From assembly GCA_038496445.1 (NCBI GenBank), contig JALMLS010000093.1:310001-374000 (forward strand): a stretch of DNA of 64,000 nucleotides, written 5' to 3'. Origin of the DNA: Trichosphaerium sp. ATCC 40318 (Eukaryota; Protista; Tubulinea). Both the position numbers and the translations under genes were made by a program. The notes under the pieces are model-generated. The model did not search any database, was not told the DNA's origin, and saw only the letters and a list, made by a program, of their open reading frames with translations. Below, piece after piece: positions 13,936-25,657 of this stretch. Every line of letters starts with the position of its first letter. Positions within the stretch are counted from its first letter, which is position 1.

Positions 13936-15094
13936 TTAAAAAATTGCATCTTTGACGCGTTCTAAGGAAGCGCATGCATCTTTGAGTTTTACTACAAGTT
14001 CTTGCAACTGTTCTCTTGAACAAGTAAATTCATGTACACTCTCGGTTGTAGAATCGTTACCATCAATACATTTGAGTCGGATCTAATCGAACATGTGAGT
14101 GTTTAACAAAAAAAATTGTTTGCAAAAAAAGATTTTTTTCCTTTTGCTTTTTTGTATTCAGCGATCATTAGCTTTGGATCAAAGTCAGCTAGTGTGGTTT
14201 CTATAGAAGCATCTAACCCTTATCCCACAAGTTGTAGAAAAAAAGTTTTTGTGTCAGAAGCGCTTCTAATAGAACAAGAGCTTGTATTTTAGACTTTCGT
14301 TCATGTATATTTTTTGATAGCTTACCATGTATACTGGGTGATTTATCTTCTCTACACTGTTAGACTTCATAAAGTAGTCAAGGCGCCATTCAACATCAAC
14401 GACATGATCAAAATTAAAGCTTGGTATTGCTAGTGTATCTGTACGAAGAGAATCAAGGTATTCTTGGTAAGCCTAATTCCAAAACAAAAAAGTTAGTTTG
14501 TAACGTCACGTGCACGTATGAAACTAGAAATAAGCAAAACAACAACTCAGCGCCAGATTGGTTAAAGTAGGAGGCGTTAAATCAGTTTTGAGGGTTTTTG
14601 GGTTTTGACATTTCAGAATAGTTTTTGGAGATGTCAGTGTACTACGCTTTGCGTCGTACGATCAATGGCGCTGTTTACACTGTTTTTAAAAAATAATAAC
14701 GTAATTACCGTAGCTACTGCTTCTGATCGCTCCTTTGTTACTTCCAGTTCTTGTAATATCTCTCTACGTTGTTTTTAAGCTATTCAAAGATGAAATGGGT
14801 GTAAAACGTACTGTACTTGTTCAACGTTGTAATTTAGTTTACCTGCTTCAGTGAGAAACGCTGAGAGTGTTCCATATCCTTTTTTAAAAGCAGAAGGATC
14901 CAACGACTTTAGCGCCGAGTCTATTAATGTTAATATAGCGAATGCGCGTAATTTTTACCCTTTAGAGCTCTTTCAGTAGCTTTGCCACATAAAACAGCAC
15001 ATGTTGCAGTTGAGAGTCGTTTACATGCTGGGGCGTCTAGAGCATTAAGTAGTTGCGAAACAGCATTTGTTATTTCGTCTGGTAGTCCGTCCAT
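13936..15094 (-). CDS. COMMD3: COMM domain-containing protein 3
   Basis: C-terminal COMM domain HVVDVEWRLDYFMKSN...HPVYM...FTCSREQLQELVVKLKDACASLER closely follows COMMD3. Confidence 0.82.
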
Positions 15095-15179
15095 GGCGTT
15101 AAAATTCAACAAACTTTAAAAACGTCATGACTTGCGTTGAATGTCAGCTTCCATTTCTTTGTGGCTTGACGTTTTGATC

Positions 15180-15647
15180 ATGGCAGTTCGTAGGAGCACT
15201 CGTGTGAGAAAGAAGAAGCCAGTGTTCGATAGTGAATACATGTGGGCTTGGGCTACGAAGTGGAGAGGTGTTTTAGGTTATCACTCGGTTAGTACAATGG
15301 CTAGCAAGCTTGGAGTACCTATGCACGTATCAGGAGTGTTTGATACAAAAGTGCATGAATTTGCTAAACAACAAGCTATCTCTAAGGCAAAGGGTACTCT
15401 ACTAGCGGAGCGCATGGAGCATGTGTATAATACTAAACAATTTGGAAAGGGTAAATTTAAGTTTCCACCATCTTTGATGATTGTAAAGAAAAATGATGTT
15501 TCGAAGAAAAAAAGAAAGTTGGAAACAGATGTCACTAACGAGCCAATAAAAAAGCCTCGTCTTGAAGAGAAAGATAATATTAGTGATGAAAACATAAGTC
15601 TATGTAGTGAAAAGGATGTGGACAAGAAGGATAGCAGTGAAGAATAA
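15180..15647 (+). CDS. Hypothetical basic protein, single exon, NLS-like stretches
   Basis: Clean ORF MAVRRSTRVRKKKPVF...KKKRKLE with acidic tail; divergent from COMMD3. Confidence 0.6.
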   Translation: MAVRRSTRVRKKKPVFDSEYMWAWATKWRGVLGYHSVSTMASKLGVPMHVSGVFDTKVHEFAKQQAISKAKGTLLAERMEHVYNTKQFGKGKFKFPPSLMIVKKNDVSKKKRKLETDVTNEPIKKPRLEEKDNISDENISLCSEKDVDKKDSSEE

Positions 15648-15865
15648 AAAATGGAGATAAAAATTCTTGGAGTTAACAAAATGTATTCCGAATTTTACCA
15701 CTATGTTTATTATGTACATAGCTAATATTTCACCACCAGTTGTAACAAGTGTATACAAAATGTAGAGTGAATCAACAGCAATTTGAATAGTTTTTTCTTA
15801 GTGAATAATGGTCATCATCACAAAGACTTATAAATTTGGTTTTAATATTAGTGACACCAAATAAA

Positions 15866-16175
15866 TTATTGCTTCTTCACCCAAGACTTCGCACCTTTGA
15901 AAACATTGTTGACTCTTTGACGTGTTGTGTACAACAGCTTATCTGAAGCGTTTGTAAAAGAGGCAACTTACGCTACGCAATACATTGAGTCCATCTTCCG
16001 TTACAAATTCACAACCATAGCCAAGGTTGATAGAGTGTACACATGCCAACGCTTTTAGCATCATCTAATATTGATTTGGAATATAACAAATAGATAGTAT
16101 GTACTCCTGCTAGGCAAACTTTCATTCTGCAATGGCCGTTTCTCTTGAAGCTATTTCATGCACACTAGCCAACGC
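15866..16175 (-). pseudogene. Possible degraded leucine-rich-repeat gene fragment
   Basis: Minus strand reads GIKALASVHEI and LKALACVHSINLGYGCEFVTEDGLNVL (LRR-like), broken by stops; no intact ORF. Confidence 0.3.
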
Positions 16176-16375
16176 CTTGATACCCTACTATACTTGATAA
16201 AGCAACAGTATCCTCCCCAGGTCATGCACCAGCTGGTCGTTGTTTTTTTTCAAATTCTGTTTTTTTAAAAGTAACCTTGGTTACTTTTGCAGGTCACGGT
16301 TCTCAGTTGTCTAACCCAAGTCGTTTTTTCTAATAAATACAATCTAAGTTTATTAATACAATAACTATTAAGCAA

Positions 16376-19272
16376 TCAGCCTAATACATGACCATCTCTA
16401 GTTACAACTAACGGATATTTACTTCTTGTACAGCAGCAACAACAAAACTTTTTGACAATTTTGTATAAATTACTGTGTATATCACTGTTACTTAAAACTC
16501 CTGTCCTTGTATCGATTGTACCAGGTCGTTTTCCAATCAGAAACAATATCAAAATTAACAACGGTATACCCAAGATGTATGCAAAATACCAATCATATAT
16601 TTGCATGCCGACAGGGATGTATCCTGTTACCAATGCTGAAAAAAGAAGAAAAAAGTGAGAATTTTAAAAAAACACTAGAGTGCCGATATTGAAGCTTACC
16701 TACACACAGTACAAGGATAGCATATGGTAGTTGTGTTATTGTATGACGAGTCGTCTTAATACCAGACACAGAAGCACTAACCAGTGTGAGAAAAATTCGA
16801 AAACTCAACGCACCTCAAAATTGTTGTATCTGAGAACGGGCTGCAGTGATCTCCCACGTGAGCAGCACCTATCAGTGGTAAGTCTAGAATTTTATTATTG
16901 ATTGAATAGTACCAACAATAGCTCCAAGCGTTGTAACAAGTAATGCATTATCGTGTTTTGCCAAAGGGACTATTACTGGAAACTTGGAATACAGGTCAGA
17001 TGGTATACGAAATTAGATAGCTAAAAGTACCAATATAGCCATTGTACCAAATGATGTACCGCTGAAGAAACTAACAAATGATCCCAAAAGAACTGTTATA
17101 CACGGTAACCAACCATGACCTACTGTTATTGCAGACAGAATGAACTCATCTGTACAAAAGACAATTAATGAAAAAAAAAAGAAACATCAAAAAAGCTTTG
17201 TATGACTAAAGCGTAACACTCACCTAAATGGATTTCAACAATCATGTTTCCAAACGTAAATGCTAGCAGTAGAACAAAAACTGCACCCACAGTTGTCTGC
17301 ATCCCATTGATGAAGTGTATCATAATCTCGTCTAAAGAAAAGATACCAAGACTTTTAAAGAGTACAATCACAAAGAATAAAATAGCGCAATAAGCCCATA
17401 CAAGAGCTGTCAGTATATCAGCATTAGATATAACCTTAGTGATATTCCAGGGACGAACTTAGAAACAACAAAAACTTAGTTAAAGAATACTTCAACGAAG
17501 AAAGCATACTTGAGTTTGAAAGACCATCATAAGTAACTCCAACAATGACCATAACTAGAAGAGACACTAAGATGATTACTGCAATGATCCATCTTTTCTT
17601 AAGTCCTAGTGTATATACATGAGATATCAGAGAGTCAACTGATACGAGGATTAAGTGCTTACCACATGTTGTACATCCTGAAGGCCTTTTCTTTACTACC
17701 CCAACTTGATGATCATTTGAGTTTATTATATCACTTTGAGATTCGTCTTCTACAATAAATTGCTCGCTATCTATAGACGTGAAAGATGAGTGTATTCTAC
17801 AACGTCTTTCTGAATTATACATCCACCCAAAGTCTCTTCCCAGCAAGGCAACCAAGAAAACAAAAACAACAACGAATATTTGGTAATAAAACCTGTCAAA
17901 ACATAAGCGATTCTGATTTTTTTTTTCAAAAATATATATCTCTTACTGCGTTATTGCACCCAATACTGTCCTATAAGCTGGTTCGCTAATACCTACTTCT
18001 CTGAATGTACGTATTGCATAGCCCAAAATAATCCCGAAAACACTTGATACGGGAGATAAACTAGCAACTGGCCCAGCGGTTGAATCTGCAGTAGTCAGAA
18101 CTGTTTAAGCTATCTAACCCTTTATCGTACCTACTATAAATGCGAGCTTGTCACGTGACACATGTGCCTGGTCAGTGACTATTTGTTTGTTAAATGTCAG
18201 GTTGATAAAAAGTCCTATACGCACGTGGTATCATTGCTGGGCCAACAATGAAAATACTTAAATAATCATCTTGATTTATCAACATACCAAAAAGCCATGT
18301 CATCAATTGAACACGCATCGAAGATGAAGCGAACTTGCTTGCTTTTTTAGCAAGAGAAATCATACTCTTGGATTCTTTCAATAGCTCTAATATCATCACA
18401 TCAGTAAGAACAATCAACAAGGGAAGGGATGTACCAGTAAGTCCACCAAGCAGTAATGTATAAATAATGATCTTTGATATGTCACTAAAAACGTTGTCAC
18501 CTTTGGTTGTATTGCATAACGTACGGTTCTTCGAGTACTCTCGGTACATATGTACCAAAAACATCAAGAAACCCACGCAATGGGTTAAAATTAGCGACAA
18601 ACATAGACGAACACCAAATTCCAATAAAAATGCCTAAAAAAGTCATTTTTGGATATCTTGACACCGTTTCATTGTGTACCTATTTCTGGGCTTCGAAGAC
18701 CTACTATGATAGCAACAGCTAGTAGAGGCGGTAATAGAGTTAGGTATCCAGGCATGCTGTGTACTTTCTTTTCAAAATGATGAGTGTACGTCAAGTTTTC
18801 TTTTCTAGCTTAATAAGAAGGGAACGAACTACTGTTTGATCTCTTTTTTTTAAGCGCACTGTAAAGTAATATTGATCCTCACAGTTCCCGATCCTTTCCA
18901 GTTGATCTCTGGTAACAAGAATCGGTATGTAGCGTTCGTAACAGCAGTGTTATTGGCAATTAAAACATTTTCATCTTTATAAATAACGTATTCTATTTCT
19001 GTTCCTTCTAAGCACGTGTCAAGCGTCGAAAATAACTATAAGCTACCTGAAATTCTTGAACTGAACTTTACGGTTGGTGCATAACTTTCAGAACTCAAAA
19101 CAAATGAATTGAAGTCAACTTCTATAGTTGGGAATGCTCTAGAATAAAATAAAAAAAACCCCAACTTTCTAAATAAAATTAAACATTACTGTGCTTGCCT
19201 GGCGTAGAATTCTCCTTCGCAGTTGATAATACATGTAAAAGAGCATACGAAAAACCATACCAGAATTGTCAT
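16376..19272 (-). CDS. NhaC-family Na+/H+ antiporter-like membrane protein with N-terminal signal peptide and soluble extension
   Basis: DDYLSIFIVGPAMIP, VSRDKLAFIV-DSTAGPVASL, FFSGTSFGTMAI, GDHCSPFSDTTILSAS, HTITQLPYA; many TM helices. Confidence 0.85.
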
Positions 19273-19367
19273 GTCAACTTTGCGATGGAATATTTTAAAG
19301 ATTGAAAAAAAAGCGCGGAGAAAAACAAGTGGAGTCAACGCGAGTTTTAATTCGAAACTTACTTTAA

Positions 19368-20691
19368 ATGAAAGCATTTCTGACGTTTTTGGTGTTGGCG
19401 TTATGTTTTACAAGCGTAATAGGTACTCATTAAACTATATGACGTGGTCAATGACTTAAAAACTCAAAAGGCGCCAAAACGTTAGACAAAACAGTAACTG
19501 GCTATTTGAAGGAATGGTATGAGTTTCTGGGCTATGATCCATGCGCAAGAAACGGTACACGGCCCTAAACATGGATTTAAGCTAACTATGCTCTAGACCT
19601 CAGTAAAATCAGTGTGAGTCTCCAAAAGAATGTTTTTGGCCAACCAAAGGCTATTCAGATGATAGCAAATGCGTTTAGATCTAAAACCCCTCACCAACCT
19701 CTCTCTATGCATTTTGTAGGCGAGAACGGCGTCGGAAAGACGTTAGCAGCAGTGTCAATTGCACAAGGTTTATTCAAGACGTATTCATACGTAGACAAGC
19801 CAGAAGGATTATTATACCTTCACGGACAAGCTTTTACATCATCTGAGCACGTTAGCATAGATGCAACGCGAGCTGCAATAAAAGAAAAAGTAATAGAGCA
19901 ACTTAAAAAATGTCCTGCGTCTGTCATTGTACTCGATGAATCAGAGGTACGATCTTCTAAATACCTTTAAATCATAAACATTAAACTATCCTTTACACTC
20001 ATAGTGTAAAGAACGTTCAAAGCGTTAAACTAAAGCCAAAAAGAAACCTTCTCTCTTTTTTTTTTTTTTCAACGATTTTTTATTGACGTTTTTTTTTCTT
20101 CTTCGACAGCTTATTCACTGGAGAGCTATATCAGTCTTTCAAGAGTTCCTTGATTATACTGTACGTGTAAGAGAAGATGATGGAGAGGCAGTTATACTGA
20201 ACAAGGCCACGTATATATTCATCTCGGACTTTGTCAAGTCTGATATAACACGTGATAAAACAAATGCTGAAATAACTTTAATGGTTAAATCAGAAGCAAA
20301 TAAGATATGGCGTGATGCAAAACAACATCAACTTATTGATCATGTTATACCTTTTTTTCCAAAAACAAGAGATGGTGCTCATCTTATGCTTGATTATTTG
20401 CTTGAACATGTACTTAGACAGCATCCAACTATAGTAGAATCAAAGATTATTATTCTAGAGCCTGATTCTGTTATGTTGGGTAAGATTGCTAATGTTATAT
20501 ATGATATGGCTGAGGATGGAGCAAATAAAGATTCTAATTATAGAGGGATTGATAGACAGTTTAGAGAAGTTGTTTTAGCTAAGTTGATTGGTGAGGTTGA
20601 AAAGGATGGACGATCTGGTGAGACAGTTGAAATTATAGCTAAAAACAAAAAAATTGAGTTTGCTTGGGAGCTTATGCAACACGAGTTGTAA
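19368..20691 (+). CDS. Torsin-like AAA+ ATPase, ER lumenal
   Basis: Signal peptide MKAFLTFLVLALCFTSVIG; LQKNVFGQ; PLSMHFVGENGVGKT (Walker A); CPASVIVLDE (Walker B); FLDY...KATYIFISD; LIDHVIPFFP; C-terminal QHEL. Confidence 0.75.
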
Positions 20692-21078
20692 TACAACAAA
20701 CATAAAAAAATAAATTGAAAATAAAATTGTGTGCATTAACATTTCCTGTACACGTTAATGTTTTAACCTGAGGAACTCGGGCACCCTTTTCAATTTTTGT
20801 TGACCTGAAGTGTAGCAGTTTCTTTTTCATCTTTTTTTTTATTTAACATGAGATTGACGGTTCAATTGTTGATTGAATAAACACATGAATAACATACCTC
20901 TAATAGATTTCATTTACATTGTGAAGTATTTACGTTTTTTCATTTGTTGCAGTTGACGTAAACGTATTTATTTGTTTCACTAAGATTTACAGTTCTCTGA
21001 ATGCATTTTAAACAAATCATACAACGAAGATTACCTCTCTCAGCCCTTTAATTTATTGATTACCTTGTAAACTTTTAC

Positions 21079-21903
21079 ATGACCACAGCATGCCAAGTAA
21101 GAGTGTAAACCAATTTATGAATAAATCTAACATAATCACAGATCAACAACCAAGAATTAGAAGCGTATTGTCTCTTAAACCTCCCATTAGAGTTACAGCT
21201 AGAAATTATAGATTTAGATCGTGAAGTATCTTTAAAATGGCCTTTATTGTCGAAATACACAGCAACTACAACGAGATTCGATAGTGATCTTAATAAACAT
21301 GGTAAATGGTTGAAAACAACTTCTGCCAAAGATCCAAATCAGTCAATAAAATGTGAACAAGAGTATTGGAAGCATGGAACACGTGATGGAGAATTTAAAG
21401 TATGGTGGTACAGTGGCATATTAAAAGATCACAGGCATTATGTAGATGATAAACTAGACGGAGTGCATAAGAGTTGGTACTACTCAGGCGAATTGCTTTT
21501 ACAAGAAAACCATGTGAATGGTTTGAAAGAAGGAGAACAAAAAATGTGGCATCCTAATGGTCTTTTATGGGAGCATCACCTGTACGTCAATGATAAAAAA
21601 GTTGGAGGGAGTAAAAAGTGGCATTCAAATGGATGTTTATACTCTGTGTGTAGCTACATTGACGGTAAGGCTGAAGGTGTAAAACAAAAATGGTACTCTA
21701 ATGGTACGTTGGCTAAACAAGCCCATTATGCCAATGGCGAGCTGGAAGGAGAGTATGAGACATGGGATCGAAACGGTATTTTGAAAGAGAGAAAAGTAAT
21801 TGATGCCAAAAGGCAATGTAAATCAATAAGCGTTGAAACTGATAGTGACCAAACTACAAAAAAATATTTCAGCCGCATTTCATCGGATGGAGTGTATCAA
21901 TAA
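21079..21903 (+). CDS. F-box-like + MORN-variant repeat protein
   Basis: 6-codon first exon (MTTACQ), then LLNLPLELQLEIIDLD followed by W[YH]xNG...Y.NG..EG repeats. Confidence 0.8.
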
Positions 21904-22497
21904 ATAAGAAGTGGTTATGCCTTAAAATATACAGGTCTTTTTGGCCTGTTTGGAATAGATGTTAGTCGTAAAAGGATAAAGATAACTAGTAAGTCCACGT
22001 GATTTCTTGGCAAAGCCTTTATTTCCAGCAGCAAGGTGGCTGATACACATTTGTTGTGTACCAATTGCACAGAAAGAACACTTCAGTGTTTCGTAGTAAC
22101 AGAAGCTATAATATTCACCAAAGCCTCTAGACTTCCAAGTAAATGTGGTCAGGTTTTATAAACCTAGAAAAAAACAACTGGTTGTAGTCAAACTTCTCAT
22201 CTTTGGCACGTGACTGTCGGTGTTTTTTCTAAACAAAGCTTCTAATGAAACAGCACAGCGGAAGTAACCCACTGGAAGGAGTATAAACCGGGGTCGGCTT
22301 GAGGAGTTGCAGAGTTTTTTTTTCAATCAACTTAAGCAAATGCGATTAAGCGTGCCGCAAAAGTTTACGAATCTCCGCCACTACAATGTTTTACAACGGT
22401 ATTACAAAAAAAAAGTGTAAATAGTACTGTTGGGTAATTATTATCGTAGGTTGGGCCATTTACTTAGAGGACGGAAGGCATACACTCGAAATTGAAC

Positions 22498-23313
22498 ATG
22501 GAGTGCTTTCGGTACCTTCTTAAACACGTTGAGGGTATTTTAACAGCGATTTTAGAAAACAATCCTTCGTTTTGATGGTAATGAGGTACATAAAGATCAG
22601 TTCATACATAAAACGCAACGCGCGATCAAATTTAGCCACAATGAACATCAAATAGAGGTAAACTATAGAATTACAATTTGTAACATACAATTACCCGTTA
22701 AAGTGGCTAACGACGCGTCAAGGTTGCTTTCGGCTATAAATTCGTTTATTACACGTATGATGTGTACGTTGATGGTTTCAGTCCGTTTACAGGCAAAATT
22801 GCATCTGTGTACAAGACATCTGGCTGTCTTAAAGTACTGGCAATCACTGTAAGTCACTTTCTGTCGTATTTTGTTGAAAAAAAAACTCAAGGCACAAAAA
22901 GAACTGACTGTATTTTGCTTCTAATAGGCCATCTTTATCAAGACGTTATTACTTATCCTTCTTGGATCACTCTTTTTCATACCTGCAGCTTTGGTTGGTT
23001 GTCTATGCTATGCGTGCTGCGCATCAAAGAGCAAAGCAAGAAGAGAAAGGGTAATCAGAATTTTTTTCCTGTTTTTTTTCGGGTTTTTTTTCCCTTTCTT
23101 CACGTGTTCGGTGTACCTCCTATCTATGGTGGGTATATACTTTAGCCACGGAAGTAAAGCCGCCAACGAAAAAACTAACTGACAAATATTCAGGGATTCA
23201 AAGAACCTTCTTTCGAAGACTCAAGGCCAAAAGTATCTCGTGAAGATGTTCCAACTACACAAGAAGCTAAAGACGTCGAAACTGTACCTCTTACGGCAAA
23301 ATATGAAGTTTAA
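22498..23313 (+). CDS. Small hypothetical membrane protein with Cys-rich juxtamembrane segment
   Basis: Five exons splice in frame with GT-AG junctions; hydrophobic stretch followed by GCLCYACCAS; ends VPLTAKYEV*. Confidence 0.5.
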
Positions 23314-23738
23314 AAACCCTCCAACGCATCAATTAAACTTTTTGGTGTTGTACGTGTACCTCACGTTGAATAAACTAGTAGTAGACAAAAAATCAATTAC
23401 ATTACTATTTTTTTCTATTTTTTTGTTGCTAGCAAGGTTGTCAGTTTTTGTACCTAAGTGACAGGGTTTGCATTACTTTTCGCCAAACTGACGATATGAT
23501 GAATTTCAAAGAGCTCTTCTTCGTCTGCTTCTATTACAAACGCGGAAAGTAATACGTATGAACCCAAGAGCGCAACACGAGGGACAACAAAGCAAATACA
23601 ACCAGAAAAAGTTAAGATAAAACACGTGTACGTAGTTAATAGTATAAACTTTACCAGAACTTTACTATTATTGGTAGGTTTGTTCACTATTATTTGAGAC
23701 TAATTCGAAAGGAAAACACTTTTATTATCTTAGTTTAT

Positions 23739-25242
23739 TCACGTTAATTGCTCTACAATCACACTAGCTATTTCACCATAGGCATCACTATTTGAATCTA
23801 GTTAGCTACAAAAAAAAAAGATGGGTAAAAAAACCAAAGGGCTGGACGTACAGTGTCTTAGATACTATCTTGTACTTTTGAAACGGCATAAAGTATACCA
23901 TATCAGGATGTGCTTGGTTGAAATTTGAACTATAAAATGTCTTTGTCCTAATTGTCATACGCACTTGGTCCCTTGCAACACGTTGACCGGTAGATCTAGA
24001 ACCAATTGAAAAAGCATTTGATACAACTTGAGTATTTTCTCCAATCCCTTTAAACATACTCTTAGGAGCAGTAGCAAATACTTCTGTTGTCAATCCAACC
24101 GTTTGTTGTTTGACCTTATTTAAACCAGACATAAGATTCTTTAAAGCAGCATTAGCAGCAGTAGCTGCTTGGTCTCCTTTCGCCGACTGCCATACTAGAG
24201 CGTTTAAGTCATCTATATTAGCATACCCTTTATCAAGATGTATAAGCATCGCTATCTCTGGCTCTGAAAGCGATTTCATCTTGCGAGTATAAACATACTG
24301 AAGGTCTACTGGTGGTCTTAACTCCACTTTAGACCAGTACTTGTGCATCTTCTTTGCTGATTGTAGCGTTTCATCACCTATGTGTCTCCACTTGTTTCGT
24401 ACAAACGAGGCGACAGGCTTAATTTCATCGCTGATATCGCATACTGAGCGCTTGGTACAGACTTTGGCAACGCTTTTAAACGTAGCTACTGACCCACGGA
24501 TCTTTAAACGCCCGGCTAGGAAAGATAGAAGTCGGCTTGCTGGCCGTCCGACAACAAAATTAAAGGGTCTTACAAGCGGCCGAAAAGCGACGCGAGAAGT
24601 CATTGATATCGCTTTAAACGCTGGGTTCATTACGTTGTATACTACGCCAACAGGTATCCACATGTCAAACAATACGAACTGACCTAACGTGTCATGTTTG
24701 GAAATACCAGAGTTCACGCATTTGTTTGGTCTTCCTACAATAAACTTCTCAAAGTCTGCGCATTGGCTAGCGCGTTCGGGCCATTGGCAGCGTCCATTGA
24801 GTAGTTTAGAGCCTCCATGGCAGCTTACCATACAATAGCCATTCGCTGCTTGGGCAACAAAGCCGGTTCCTCTGTGATTAGGCCACCTGAATACGTGGTT
24901 GCGTACTTCTATTTTTTTGTATTTTCCTCGTTGCATGAGTACGAGAGTATAATCCTTGTTGCGCGACTTCCAGTGGTCTGGCTTGTTCTTGACCTTGTAC
25001 AGCGTCAACGTATACTGCTTCATAGCTCTTCCGGGAGTACTATCGTGAACTTGCATTTTCACGGTCTTATCGTTGTTATTAAACTTGTTTACAATGTATA
25101 GGACGTTTCTTCCGTTTCCCAAGCGAGTTAGCCCAACTTTTGTCCTGCAACTAAACCGCGTAACGTAAGACATACCCCCAGCGACATTTTGAATCGCAGT
25201 GAAGCCCAAGAGGGCAACTAAACAGAGCTGTGTCCACCTCAT
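23739..25242 (-). CDS. Secreted protein with C-terminal degenerate ADP-ribosyltransferase-like domain
   Basis: Signal peptide MRWTQLCLVALLGFTAIQNVAG; ~1.4 kb first exon; C-terminal ~170 aa follow the exoenzyme-ART pattern; one probable short 3' intron. Confidence 0.6.
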
Positions 25243-25657
25243 GTCCGAGAACTCTTGTTTAAGCGCTGCTGGTTTCCTTTTTAGGCAAAAAGACTTAGAT
25301 TCGCACATCGTTTTGTGAATAAAGCTGAAACTGTGCGAGTTTTCTTTGTAAACGTGTAGCACCAATAGCAGGAACTCCTACAATTGCGTATTTTGCCAGC
25401 TAGAGGAAACTTTAAGTGCATGTGTAGACATGATAGGTGATCTTGAATATTGATATCTTACTTAGTACAAAACACATGTTGTTCAACGGACAGTGCTACA
25501 AAAAAGGACCAAAGAATTTAGCTAATGTTCTCACCAATGAGTAATTTGTCCGTTACCTTGTAAATAGTACTGAAGTCAGTGTCTTAGTGCTAAAGACGCT
25601 GATAGACTAGGTTTTTCAGTTCATTGAAAACTGTCGACTGAACATAAAAAGGCACAA

